From Candidatus Saccharimonadota bacterium (lineage in GTDB: Bacteria; Pseudomonadota; Alphaproteobacteria; Rickettsiales; Anaplasmataceae): a DNA stretch of 32,000 bases. The number at the start of each line of letters is the position of its first letter. Within the stretch, counting starts at the first letter, position 1. The notes below the pieces were generated by a model. The model saw only the letters and a list, made by a program, of their open reading frames with translations, did no database searches and had not been told where the DNA came from. The DNA lies in assembly GCF_013365495.1 (NCBI RefSeq), contig NZ_CP046580.1, positions 780,001 to 812,000 of the forward strand. Direction: 5' to 3'. Made by a program: the position numbers and the translations under genes. Positions 1 to 10,782 of this stretch are shown one piece after another.

Positions 1-840
1 TCCATATTCTTAAAAAAACAGCAGCAATCTTAAAAAACTTATTTACTATACAAAGTGAACAACCTGAACTAAGATATATAAAACTTTCAAAGCTTCTATG
101 TAAATGACTACTTTATTAGAATATAATGTTAATTTTGTCCAAGAAATTCCTTTAAAAATACAAAGCTTAAACAACAGATAAGAAGAATAATGCACACAAA
201 AAACCAAAAATAGGTTCTTTAATTTTCTAACGTGACTTTTTATTATAAATAAATTAAAAAAACTTTTTAATTAAAATAAAAATAGTTTTATTTAAAGAAT
301 AATCCTACTACAAAATAGTTACTCAAAAAATATAGCGAATAATAAATGTAATAAATATTGATCAAGCTTTTTTTTTCATAAAACTTCAACAAGAAAAGAC
401 CTAATTCTTTAAAATCAGAAAAAGCTCTTAAGTGAAAACTTTCACATTTAAATTACATATGACTACTTGTAAAAAAGTGGAATTTATTAAGATAGAATTT
501 TTTCAAACATTACCAATATAATAATTCAATATTAAGTGAGAAATATTACCCAATCTAAAAATTCCTTTACTTAAAAAGTCACAGCCCACAATAGTTATCA
601 AAAAAGTAAGTACTTTGATAAAGTTTCAGTTAAAACAAAAAAACATAAACGAGATTAGAAGTAACAAAAAAAATCTCAGAATTAAGTAATGTATCTATTT
701 ACTCTTAAAATAAAGAAGCAAACAATAAAATCATAAAAGACATAATTAATTCACTTTATAATTAAAAGTATTATCAAACTAAATTATACAACTACAACAT
801 ATACTATATCCATAGGTTAATTAATTTTGGTGTAAGTAAC

Positions 841-869
841 CTTGAAAGAGTGAAGCTTAATACTTAAAT
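841..869 (+). promoter_or_regulatory. candidate RpoH (sigma-32)-type heat-shock promoter for htpG
   Basis: CTTG (841-844), N18, CTTAAAT (863-869), ending 20 nt before the htpG ATG. It matches the alphaproteobacterial sigma-32 pattern CTTG-N17/18-CYTATNT at 9 of 10 specified positions. Confidence 0.4.
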
Positions 870-889
870 CATTAAATAGTAAGTTAATA

Positions 890-2800
890 ATGGAGTCTAC
901 AGTGCATAACGTACAAGAAACTGAAAATTTTAAATTTGATGCTGAAATAGAAAAAGTACTAAATATAGTAATTCACTCACTCTATACTAATAAAGAAATT
1001 TTTTTACGTGAATTAATATCAAATGCATCTGATGCATGTGATAAATTACGTTACGAATCTCAATTAAATCCTAACTTACTCGATTCAAATGATGAATTAA
1101 AAATTACCATTAGTGTTAATAAAGATAAGAATGAGTTATATATAACTGACAACGGTATTGGAATGAACCGACAGGATTTAATAGATAACCTTGGTACAAT
1201 TGCTAGCTCTGGTACACAAAAATTTCTAGAAGCAATTAAAAGTAGCAAAGATTCAAGTCAAACTGTAGAACTTATTGGAAAATTTGGTGTGGGTTTCTAC
1301 TCAAGCTTCATGGTTGCTTCAGAAGTAATAGTTGAATCTCGAAAGGCGGGAGAAAAAGAATCTTGGAATTGGAAATCTAAAGGAGATGGAAAATATTCAA
1401 TCAATAAATCAAATAATCAAATTATTCGTGGAACTAAAATCACTTTAGTTGTACATCCTGAAGACAATGAGTTCTTAGATAAGTTTCGTATTGAAAATAT
1501 TGTTACTACTTATTCGGATCACATCAACTCTCCCATCGAATTTATAAACGAAGAAGGAAAAAGTGAAAAATTAAATAGTAAAGCTGCAATTTGGACTAAG
1601 CAAAAAAATGATATTACTCAAGAAAAGCACAACGATTTCTTTCGAAGTGTTGCACATGTTGGTGGTGAACCTTGGATGATATTACATAATAAAAATGAAG
1701 GAGCAATAGAATATACAAATTTACTTTATATTCCCTCTATCAAACCCTTTGATTTATTTCATCCAGACAGGCGTTGTTCTGTAAAATTATATGTAAATAA
1801 AGTATTTATTACTGAAGACAATGTACAAATTATACCGCAGTATTTACGGTTTTTAAAAGGCATTGTTGACTCACCAGATTTACCTCTCAATATCAACAGA
1901 GAAACTTTACAGAATAATCGTGTTGTTGATCAAATTAAAAAATCTCTTACTAAACGAGTAATATTTGAACTTGGTAAAAAGGCACAAGAGAATTTAGAAG
2001 AATATACAAAATTTTGGAGTAACTTTGGTGCAGTACTAAAAGAAGGTCTTTGTGAAGCTATGCCAATTGACGAAAGAGAAGCATTACTTTCAATTTGCAG
2101 ATTTCATAGTACTAGCAATGATAAACTAGTCAGTATTGATGATTATATAAGCAGAATGAAACCTGAGCAAGAATATATCTATTATCTTACAGGAAATAGC
2201 TTAGATTCTGTAAAATATAGTCCACAACTTGAAGGATTTGTCAGTAAAGGATTGGAGGTTATCTTACTTATCGATCCGGTAGATGATTTCTGGACTAGCG
2301 TAATCCATGATTATAAAAATCAAAAGTTTAAGTCTGTAACTCGCGCTGATGTTGATCTAGAAAAATTTTCTCTAAGAGAAAAAGACAAAGATAATAAATC
2401 AGATGAGATAAAGAATGAAACAAATACAGAATCTATATTGCAATATTTTACCAAAGTCCTTGGTAATTCAGTAAAAAGCATAAAAATTTCCAAAAAATTG
2501 ACTGACAGTCCCGTATGCCTAGCAGTAGATGAAGGCACTATGGACCTTAGAATGGAACGTTTTTTGCGTGAACAAAAACAACTAAATTATCGTACGCCAA
2601 AGGTACTTGAAATTAACACCAAGCACCCTATAATAAAAAATATAGCGAAATCTCATGCTAAAAATGGTGAAAATCAGATATTAGAAGACATGATTCACTT
2701 ACTGTTTTACCAAGCCTGTATTATGGAAAATGAAGAGATAGATAACGTGAACCTATTCGCTAAGAGACTGAACAACTTGCTTAGCAAGATTCTTATTTAG
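890..2800 (+). CDS. htpG: molecular chaperone HtpG (Hsp90 family)
   Basis: 636 aa. N-terminal GHKL ATPase signature [14 protein letters not shown] and [11 protein letters not shown]. Full-length Hsp90 architecture. Confidence 0.97.
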   Translation: MESTVHNVQETENFKFDAEIEKVLNIVIHSLYTNKEIFLRELISNASDACDKLRYESQLNPNLLDSNDELKITISVNKDKNELYITDNGIGMNRQDLIDNLGTIASSGTQKFLEAIKSSKDSSQTVELIGKFGVGFYSSFMVASEVIVESRKAGEKESWNWKSKGDGKYSINKSNNQIIRGTKITLVVHPEDNEFLDKFRIENIVTTYSDHINSPIEFINEEGKSEKLNSKAAIWTKQKNDITQEKHNDFFRSVAHVGGEPWMILHNKNEGAIEYTNLLYIPSIKPFDLFHPDRRCSVKLYVNKVFITEDNVQIIPQYLRFLKGIVDSPDLPLNINRETLQNNRVVDQIKKSLTKRVIFELGKKAQENLEEYTKFWSNFGAVLKEGLCEAMPIDEREALLSICRFHSTSNDKLVSIDDYISRMKPEQEYIYYLTGNSLDSVKYSPQLEGFVSKGLEVILLIDPVDDFWTSVIHDYKNQKFKSVTRADVDLEKFSLREKDKDNKSDEIKNETNTESILQYFTKVLGNSVKSIKISKKLTDSPVCLAVDEGTMDLRMERFLREQKQLNYRTPKVLEINTKHPIIKNIAKSHAKNGENQILEDMIHLLFYQACIMENEEIDNVNLFAKRLNNLLSKILI

Positions 2801-3570
2801 TATCTCCTTTTCAAGGGGAAAACATTTTGTAAAATTATTTAGGTATTGTCACCAAAAAAAAATCCTAAAAAAAATAATACCAAGAATAAGTTATTTAAAG
2901 ACTTAAATCTCAAAAAAAGAATTACAAATCTAAAAAAACAAAAGAATATTATTTGTCCAATTCTAACATTGAAAAAAATAATAAAAAATCTAAAATTTTA
3001 TAATAAGCCAAGAGATATTAATACTTTCTAAGAATACACATAAATCTGAATACATTAATTAATGACTTTGAATATACTCTAAAAATTTAAAGTTTATACC
3101 TAAACATAATTAAATTATAGAATTTATAAATCTAAATTATTTAGAGATACATAATTTTCTAGAAAAAGAATGATAATAATAAAAAAATAATAACTTATCA
3201 CAGAAGTACATTACATTAATAAAAGTATAAAGTAAAATTAAATATTCATGATATTACTTTCTTTATCAAGATATTATTTATCATAGAAATAACACGCAGA
3301 GAAACTATGAAACTGAAGATACTGTTTTCCCTTTTTTTAAATAAACATTAAACCTATACACAACTGTGTGTAAAACAAAAATACTCCATAATGTCAGTAA
3401 ATAAATTTATATATCTTAAAACAAACAAAAGTAAATAATAGAAAGTAAAATTTCAAAATATCAATAGTCACATAGCTAGAAAAATACTATAGACAAAAAA
3501 AAAATATTATAAATAATTGAGAGAGGGCTTCAATACTGAAGTCTATTAGCAATAATTACAAGAGGGTGAA

Positions 3571-4329
3571 ATGTGTAAAAGCAAAAAGAAAAAAAATCAT
3601 AGTAGTAAACCACCTAACATTCAAAGACAAGAAGTTCTTGAAACTCAAGTTCCAGAACAAATAGGTGTCACTCAAAATGAAGAAGCTTCTTTAAACATAC
3701 AAAAAACTCATAACAACCGTAATATTCCCATTTCACAAAACGATAACCAAAAAAAACACGCTTTTTTTAATCAACCTATCGAACAAATAAAAAATGAGTT
3801 AGGTCATGAAAACAAAAACAGTCAACTAGATTCACCAGAAAGTTCTATGAATAGTGATCGAAGTCACAGCAGCAGTTCTTTCAGTGCAATTGATGTACCA
3901 AGTGATAACGGCTGCTCCCCATTTGAGAATATAGACAAAGGTGAAAATGCTTCTATTTCTGAAAGGAGTAGCCCGCAAGACACACAACTAAAAAAACAGA
4001 GCTATCAATATTGGCGACATCATGATCAACATAAATACTATCTAGCAATTAACAACAAAAATTTTGAGCAAGCAACAAATAACAGTATTTCACAAAATAT
4101 AAAAAACAATAACTTGCATACTATAGTTGTCTCCATATTAGCAACAGCTGGAATAGCTCTAGGAGTGTCTACTGCAGTTCAGTTAGAAATATCAATAGTG
4201 AGAATAGCAATTGGAGCCTGTTGCTTAGTTGCTGCTGCAGCTATGTACTATAGTATGCCTAAAAGTTTAGTTGAAAACAGTAAAGTTGAAGAGGTTAGTA
4301 AAAAATGGCTGACTACTGTTATACCATAA
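3571..4329 (+). CDS. hypothetical membrane protein: polar Ser/Asn/Gln-rich N-terminal region plus C-terminal bilobed hydrophobic hairpin
   Basis: 252 aa ORF. Good SD-like AGAGGGTG 4 nt upstream of the ATG. Two hydrophobic segments, LHTIVVSILATAGIALGVSTAV and IVRIAIGACCLVAAAAMYY, are separated by QLEIS. I recognise no conserved domain. Confidence 0.7.
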   Translation: MCKSKKKKNHSSKPPNIQRQEVLETQVPEQIGVTQNEEASLNIQKTHNNRNIPISQNDNQKKHAFFNQPIEQIKNELGHENKNSQLDSPESSMNSDRSHSSSSFSAIDVPSDNGCSPFENIDKGENASISERSSPQDTQLKKQSYQYWRHHDQHKYYLAINNKNFEQATNNSISQNIKNNNLHTIVVSILATAGIALGVSTAVQLEISIVRIAIGACCLVAAAAMYYSMPKSLVENSKVEEVSKKWLTTVIP

Positions 4330-4391
4330 ATAAATGTGTGCTACTACTAAATAATTTATTATAATTTCATTAGCCATTAATAGAGAAACAT

Positions 4392-5594
4392 TTGGTAGAT
4401 TACGAAGAAATATTTTTAAATAGAATAAAAGATATAAAAGAGGAAGGACGTTACCGTGAATTTATGCATTTTGCATCATTGCCTGGTAGATTTCCTTATG
4501 TTATGGATTATGAAAGAAATAGAGAAGTAGTTGTCTGGTGCAGTAATAATTATCTAGGAATGTCACAAAATAAAAATGTAATTTCTGCTATTCAAAACTC
4601 ATCAATTGGAGCAGGAGGAACAAGAAATATATCTGGTACAACAAAAGAGGTAGTTGAACTCGAGAAATCCTTAGCCTGTCTGCATAATAAAAAAGCTGCC
4701 TTAACTTTTGCTTGTGGTTACCTTGCTAACCAGACAACACTTAGCACTTTATCATCAGTTATTCCTGACGTAGTATTTTTTTCAGATGAAAAAAATCATT
4801 CTTCAATGATAGAAGGTATAAAGTCAGGAAAAAGGCCAAAGTATATATTTAAACACAATAACATTGATCATTTAGAACAACTATTAAAGTCTGTAGATAA
4901 AAAAACGCCCAAGATAATTGCATTCGAATCCATATATTCAATGGATGGAGACATAGCACCACTGAAAGAAATATGCGACCTAGCAGAGAAATACAATGCA
5001 ATTACCTATTCAGATGAAGTACATGCAGTTGGCATGTATGGTTCACATGGGGGCGGAATTGCAGAAAAAGAAGGTTTGATGGATAGAGTAACTATTATTC
5101 AAGGTACATTATCAAAAGCCTTTGGAGTGATGGGCGGGTATATAGCATCTTCAAAGAGCTTAGTAGATGTAATCAGAAGTTCTGCTCCAGGATTTATTTT
5201 TACCACTGCTATTTCACCAGCTTTAGCAGCTGCAGCAAAAGCAAGCATTGAGTACCTAAAATCAAGTAATATTGAAAGAGAAAAACAAAAACAAGTTGTT
5301 GAAAAAGTAAAAAACTCATTAAAAAATGCGAGAATTAATCTTATTCCAACAAAAACTCATATAATCCCAATAATAATTGGTGATCCAGAATTATCTAAAA
5401 AAGCATCAAAATTGCTATTCGATGAACATGGAATATATGTGCAACACATAAACTACCCGACTGTTCCAAGAGGAACTGAGCGCTTTCGTATTACTCCTAC
5501 ACCCTATCATACCGATGAAATGATGGAACACCTAACAGAATCTCTTGTAAAAGTTTTTAAGAAATTATCTATTTCTATAGATTACTTATGCTAG
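4392..5594 (+). CDS. hemA: 5-aminolevulinate synthase (PLP-dependent, alphaproteobacterial HemA/ALAS)
   Basis: 400 aa with a TTG start. Motifs [19 protein letters not shown] and the PLP-lysine context GTLSKAFG. Confidence 0.95.
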   Translation: MVDYEEIFLNRIKDIKEEGRYREFMHFASLPGRFPYVMDYERNREVVVWCSNNYLGMSQNKNVISAIQNSSIGAGGTRNISGTTKEVVELEKSLACLHNKKAALTFACGYLANQTTLSTLSSVIPDVVFFSDEKNHSSMIEGIKSGKRPKYIFKHNNIDHLEQLLKSVDKKTPKIIAFESIYSMDGDIAPLKEICDLAEKYNAITYSDEVHAVGMYGSHGGGIAEKEGLMDRVTIIQGTLSKAFGVMGGYIASSKSLVDVIRSSAPGFIFTTAISPALAAAAKASIEYLKSSNIEREKQKQVVEKVKNSLKNARINLIPTKTHIIPIIIGDPELSKKASKLLFDEHGIYVQHINYPTVPRGTERFRITPTPYHTDEMMEHLTESLVKVFKKLSISIDYLC

Positions 5595-6283
5595 TTTATA
5601 TTTCCTGCAACAATTAATCCATTATCCTCTACTACCAGCCCCCCTCCACTTTCTTGAAGAAAGAGTCTACCAAGTAAAACTTTATATTTATTAACCCTAG
5701 AATAAACTATTCCTCTATGTCTTCCTGCAGCAAGGTATGCAAAGCCTAAAACTGTCGAGCCTATAGAACGCACATTATCATTATTAGGCAATAATTTATC
5801 TAATAAATCACCACTAACATCTATTAAGCCCCCGTTACGACTTTTCATTCGCATTCTTATATGACGAAATCTAGAATCTTCAAGAAAAGCACCTTTTTTT
5901 TCTTCTGCCCAAAAAGTTTCTCTAAGTGCTGGAACATCAATTACAGCTGCCACAACTTTATTTCTATGAATTAGACAAATTGATACTGCAAAATAAACCA
6001 TGCAACTAGAAAAATTCTCCTTACTTTCTATAGGCATAATAAACCAGGTATAAGTGTCCTCTTTTAATTCTTGATCAAGATCATCTTCAAAAAGAAAACC
6101 ATAGCCTTGCCTATAATTGTACAAGCAACCACATATAGTTTGCTTAGATTTTAAATAAGTTTTATTAACAAAGTCATCAGACTTGACATTAGAGATCTGT
6201 AATTCACTAAAATCACGCATAAGCTGTTTAGAAGCACCTCGCACAGAATCAAGCATCACACTAATCCGTGGTGAAACAGGCAT
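5591..6283 (-). CDS. suhB: inositol monophosphatase/SuhB family protein with degenerate active-site motifs
   Basis: 230 aa. Aligns along its length with E. coli SuhB ([20 protein letters not shown] blocks). The metal-binding motifs are altered; see findings. Confidence 0.8.
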   Translation of the reverse strand: MPVSPRISVMLDSVRGASKQLMRDFSELQISNVKSDDFVNKTYLKSKQTICGCLYNYRQGYGFLFEDDLDQELKEDTYTWFIMPIESKENFSSCMVYFAVSICLIHRNKVVAAVIDVPALRETFWAEEKKGAFLEDSRFRHIRMRMKSRNGGLIDVSGDLLDKLLPNNDNVRSIGSTVLGFAYLAAGRHRGIVYSRVNKYKVLLGRLFLQESGGGLVVEDNGLIVAGNIN

Positions 6284-6292
6284 CCTATTCCC

Positions 6293-6859
6293 TTATTCTT
6301 TTACCCTCTCATAATAACTATCGTTAGGAGTATATATCACAACTTTATCTTCCTCTTTTATAAATTGAGGTACATTCACACGCATTCCATTTTCTAAAAC
6401 TGCAGGCTTATAAGAAGAAGTAACAGTTTGTCCTTTAATGACAAACTCTGTTTCTTTTACAACCAATGTAACATAGTCAGGTATATGTATCGAAATTATT
6501 TTATCTTGATAAGTTATGACTTTTATTCTTATATTATCCTGCAAATAAATTTTTTTTTCTCCTAATAAATCTAAACCTAGAGTAATCTGCTCATAATTAC
6601 TTGGATGCATAAGATAAATAATATCTCTTTCAGTAAAAAGGTAAATATATTCCTCTTCATCTAAAATAGCTCTTCTAATTGGAGCATCAGAGCGAAATCT
6701 TTCATAATATTTTGCTTTTGTTTGAATATTTCTTATTTTAGCTTGTATATATGCAACCCCTTTACCAGGTTGAGTGTGCATAACACTGAGAACCAAAAAT
6801 AACCCACCGTTATGTTCTAATACTTGACCTGGCCTAATATCATTAGCTCTTTCTATCAT
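6293..6859 (-). CDS. efp: translation elongation factor P
   Basis: 188 aa. Loop QPGKGVAYIQAKIRN and the three-domain EF-P length. Lies 9 nt upstream of the suhB-like gene on the same strand. Confidence 0.95.
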   Translation of the reverse strand: MIERANDIRPGQVLEHNGGLFLVLSVMHTQPGKGVAYIQAKIRNIQTKAKYYERFRSDAPIRRAILDEEEYIYLFTERDIIYLMHPSNYEQITLGLDLLGEKKIYLQDNIRIKVITYQDKIISIHIPDYVTLVVKETEFVIKGQTVTSSYKPAVLENGMRVNVPQFIKEEDKVVIYTPNDSYYERVKE

Positions 6860-6921
6860 AATTTTCTATTTTAGTTAATTTTATAATTATAAAATGCTTT
6901 TTATAAATATCAAAAACTTTA

Positions 6922-7431
6922 TTAACCAATAAATTCTGGCATATTGAGAACTATGTAATTTCCCTTGATATCTATATATGGAAATATTTCCTTAATAAAA
7001 GGTAACATAATACTCTTTTTTGTACTAATAACCAATACCTTTAATATATCTCCTGAGCCAAAATTACATATAGATTTTACATATCCATATAGTTCATTAT
7101 CTTCCTTTAGCCTTACCTGCATATCTATAAGGTCACTTTGATAAAATTCATCCTTATCATCTAATCTTGGCAACTTATCTCTTTCTATATACAATTTCTT
7201 ATTTCTTAAAAGCTCTGCTTTACTACGAGAACTTATTCCATTTATTGAAGCTACTACTAAATTATCATCTATAATAAACATTGAGTCTATCTTATAATTC
7301 TCACTATTACTTATCACCTTATCATATAAAAAAAGATTCTCAGGTTTTTCAGTAAAAGTTTTTATTTTAATACTTCCCTTCACTCCATGAGGAGAAATAA
7401 CTACCCCTAAACATATTAGATTATTGCCCAT
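6922..7431 (-). CDS. rimM: 16S rRNA processing / ribosome maturation factor RimM
   Basis: 169 aa. N-terminal [13 protein letters not shown] motif and a PRC-barrel-like C-terminus. Confidence 0.9.
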   Translation of the reverse strand: MGNNLICLGVVISPHGVKGSIKIKTFTEKPENLFLYDKVISNSENYKIDSMFIIDDNLVVASINGISSRSKAELLRNKKLYIERDKLPRLDDKDEFYQSDLIDMQVRLKEDNELYGYVKSICNFGSGDILKVLVISTKKSIMLPFIKEIFPYIDIKGNYIVLNMPEFIG

Positions 7432-8735
7432 AGCTAATATAAGTTAAAAAACTTCTTAGAAAAATACCATTTCAAACCTTAATAATTTAATAAACTTCCT
7501 TTTTGATCATAACTAATAATAGTAGTAATTATCATAATAATCTTAACACTACCTTAATACTTAAACCTACTTTATTATATTAATTATACTTATACCAAAA
7601 AATTACCTCTTAACTCTCAACATAACTTTATATCACCATTATGAATATTAAGATTTTCATAATTTAGATCCTTTTCACTGCTGTATATAAGTAAGAAAAA
7701 TTTCCTAAAAGCATTATAGTACATTAAAATTTAACTAAAATTAAATCTTTTTATTTTCTTAATAAACTCTAAATTTAAAACCTATACCTATCATTCGCAA
7801 AAATTTATAAAAAGTATAATATCAATAAAGCTACTACTATTTTCTACAAAATTACTGTATATTAAATATACTATAAATATTCATTATATAATATAATTAC
7901 TCCTTTTTTAATTTAAGAATACCACTTAACATCAATTTAAATAATCAAAAGTATTAACAATTATTTCAAAGCAAAAATTTATATAGTATTATCGTCAATA
8001 TAACATAAATAAACATCTTTACTATAAAAAATTTACATTAATAAAATAATAAAATGCAAAGAGATAATTATAAATTAATGTATACTTAAGTTCAATAATA
8101 ACATTGAATATTTCTTTATCACAACTCAATTTAAGATTAAAAAAGTATTAAAAATAATATACTAGAAAAATACTACTATTCAACAATAAAAAGCATCTAG
8201 ATACAAGAACTAACCATGTAAATTATGATAAATGCACACACATTATTCAAATAGCTACAAATCAAAAAGCTAATTTAGACCATTTTAGTAAACTAAAGCA
8301 AAAAACAAAATGAATCCAAACAAAATAACAAATTTATAACTTAATATATTTTATTTACACCAAAAAAATAGAAACTAGTTCAAAGAAAAAAAATATACCT
8401 GTAACAACTATTGTCATTTATAAGTTATAAAAAAAGTAATATACATTATGATAGCTTTACATTAAACTCATTAAAAAATGAATGAAATAATAATTTAAAT
8501 TATAAAGATATATTATTCAATTAATTTAGATAACAAAACAAAAATGATACAGTACATACAGAAGGACTATGTCTCTTAGCAAGAAGATCAGAATATAAAA
8601 ATCAAGAATAAATATTAAGATTACCTACTGCTTGACAAAAAATCACTAAGTTAATAATGAACCTTTAATATCAAAATGAAATAAAACTTGATACTAATAA
8701 AATTAAATTTCTTTATATAAAAAAAGTAAATACAT

Positions 8736-8766
8736 AAAAAATTAATTGACTTTCAATTAATTTTTT
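8736..8766. promoter_or_regulatory. perfect 14-bp inverted repeat (operator or weak bidirectional hairpin) upstream of bcp
   Basis: AAAAAATTAATTGA-CTT-TCAATTAATTTTTT. The left arm contains a TTGACT -35-like hexamer (8746-8751). A T9 run follows. It lies about 60 bp upstream of the bcp ATG. Confidence 0.45.
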
Positions 8767-8824
8767 TTTAACTTAAGCTATTATACATATAAAATGTATC
8801 ATAATAAGTCCATAAAAAAACAAG

Positions 8825-9298
8825 ATGAAATTAACAGTAGGAAATAACGCACCAGACTTTAGCCTACCAACAGACTCTGGTGAAAACTTATCACTAAGTA
8901 ATTTCTTTGACAAAAAAAACGTAGTTCTTTATTTTTACCCTAAAGATGATACCCCAGGTTGTACTATAGAAGCAAAAGATTTCAAGGATAAAATAAATGA
9001 TTTTTCTTCTTTTGATACAGTAATAATTGGTGTATCAAAAGATAGTATTAAATGCCACGCAAATTTTAAAGCAAAATATTCATTACCATTCTATTTAGTT
9101 TCTGACGAAAATATTGAAATACTAGAAAAATATGGTGTTTGGGTAGAAAAGAGCATGTTCAGTAAAAAGTATATGGGAATAGAACGTACTACTTTTTTAA
9201 TAAATAAAAAAGGGAAAATAGTTAATATTTGGAAAAATGTAAAAGTCAACAAACATGTCGATAAAGTTCTAGAGCAAGTTAAAAAAATAAAAATTTAA
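8825..9298 (+). CDS. bcp: thiol peroxidase Bcp (peroxiredoxin Q/BCP family)
   Basis: 157 aa. Peroxidatic cysteine motif FYPKDDTPGCTIEA. Confidence 0.93.
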   Translation: MKLTVGNNAPDFSLPTDSGENLSLSNFFDKKNVVLYFYPKDDTPGCTIEAKDFKDKINDFSSFDTVIIGVSKDSIKCHANFKAKYSLPFYLVSDENIEILEKYGVWVEKSMFSKKYMGIERTTFLINKKGKIVNIWKNVKVNKHVDKVLEQVKKIKI

Positions 9299-10395
9299 AA
9301 ACTACTTGAGTTAATAATGATTTATCTTTACATATAAGAAATCAAGCTACATAATTTTTTAATCTTTTAGCTTAAAAATTATTCAAATAATAATTTAATT
9401 ATAATCCACTTAAGATAATACTAGTAAGGTTATATCATTAATAATATGAGCTTCAATAGTTTTATCACCATTAGCAAAACTAATTAATATCCAGTTTATC
9501 ATTTATAATAAAGTTCTTATAACACTAAAAAATAATCGCACTCCTCAAAAAAAAGTTAATCTCATATAATAAAAATTAATCAAACCTTGAATCAATAACT
9601 AGAGATAAAATTAATATTTTAATTTCTACAAAAATTAAACTATATAACTTCATAGCTAATATCATCATGGCAAAATCAGCAACAGTAAATTTTTTCAAAA
9701 TTTACCCAGTTACCATTTAATACTGATAAAATAAGTACTTACAGCATCACACTACCATAATAATTTCTACAATAAACAAGCACTATAATAAGTAAACTTC
9801 AACAAAATTAATACTAACAAATGCTAGGTATACATAAAAGCTGCAATAACTGCTATCATAACAACCACAAGTTTAAGTTTTAATTAATTTAAAAAAACTC
9901 AGAAAAAAACTATACAAAAAGTACTTACCTAATAATAAAAAATAAACACCCCTTATATTATCTAGATTTTACTTCTTTTAAAGTACTTTTTTTTTCACTA
10001 AATTAACTTACTACAACTAATACCCAACTAAAGTAAAGATTATAATCTCTGCTCAGAATAATAAATGTTTTTAAGTAATAAGATCTCTAATGTATAAAAA
10101 ATATTACAAGGATTATAATTATGTTGTTATCTTTATGTTAGAGCTACCTAATTTTAGATTAAATAAATAAAAAATGAAAAACTTTATAATCATACAAAAA
10201 GCTACAAAATATCAAATAGGTACTACTAAGATAGTATAAGGTAATTACAGGTAGTTTATATTAAAGAAACACGGAAATAATAGCACTTATTTAATAGTAA
10301 TTTAAAATTTCCAATAATAGTCCATTACTTAACATAAAATCATTGCAACAAAAAAATCATTTTACTCTTATAATTTATATGTTAAAAATTAGTTA

Positions 10396-10737
10396 AGGTG
10401 AAATAAGTAGCTGCTGTTGTATAATAATACAGCAGAGGAAAGTCCGGGCTCCAAGGAAAGATAGTGACGGGTAATACCCGCCGGAGGTAACTTTAGTTCA
10501 GGGCTACAGAAAATTACCGCCTAAAAAAACATTTTAGGTAAGGGTGAAAAGGTATGGTAAAAGCATACCAAACCAATGGCAACATTGGTGCTGAGTAACC
10601 AGCACTAGGAGCAAGATTAAATAGAGTAGATTTTATGTTTTCCTCATATCTACTCGGGTAAATCGCACGCAATAAATGGTAACATTTACTCTAGATAAAT
10701 AGCTACATAAACAGAACCCGGCTTACATTTCACCTAA
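10396..10737 (+). ncRNA. rnpB: RNase P RNA (bacterial type A)
   Basis: Conserved blocks GAGGAAAGTCCGGGCTCC, GGTAAGGGTGAAA and ACAGAACCCGGCTTA. P1 pairing of AGGTGAAAT (10396-) with ATTTCACCT (-10735). A perfect TATAAT at 10369-10374 lies upstream. The ends are approximate. Confidence 0.93.
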
Positions 10738-10782
10738 ACAAAAACCTATATAAAAAAGTATTTAATAATAATTACCCTTCAC

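Noticed and set aside
252-272. AT-only palindromes: AATTAAAAA-AAC-TTTTTAATT (252-272), GTGAAA-AC-TTTCAC (432-445) and CATTAATTAATG (3053-3064).
   Set aside because: They are short, almost pure A/T, and of a kind expected repeatedly in about 20% GC spacer. No positional link to a gene start supports a function.
1060-1248. Short ORFs embedded in, or antisense to, well-supported genes: 1060-1248, 2320-2538, 12510-12710, 13050-13259, 15439-15699, 15795-16001, 20553-20867, 21647-21838, 22244-22519, 23255-23578, 27063-27248 and 30797-30979.
   Set aside because: All lie inside conserved genes in another frame or strand. They have low-complexity or hydrophobic junk translations and no independent start context. 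These are shadow ORFs.
2804-2818. Hairpin CTCCTT-TTC-AAGGGG just after the htpG stop, considered as a possible terminator.
   Set aside because: The stem is only 6 bp including a G:U pair, the loop is 3 nt, and no U-tract follows directly (AAAACATTTT). This is too weak to call.
2846-3031. 61-aa Lys/Asn-rich ORF downstream of htpG. It contains recurring AAATCT(N)AAAAAAA strings at about 2905, 2926 and 2985.
   Set aside because: This is a translation of A-rich low-complexity DNA. It has no RBS and no recognisable fold. The repeats are short, irregular and compositionally expected. It is not a CRISPR or tandem array.
4921-4931. CATTCGAATCC, which resembles a tRNA T-arm.
   Set aside because: It lies in frame inside hemA (IAFESIY) with no acceptor or anticodon stems around it. 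I found no tRNA-like cloverleaf in any spacer.
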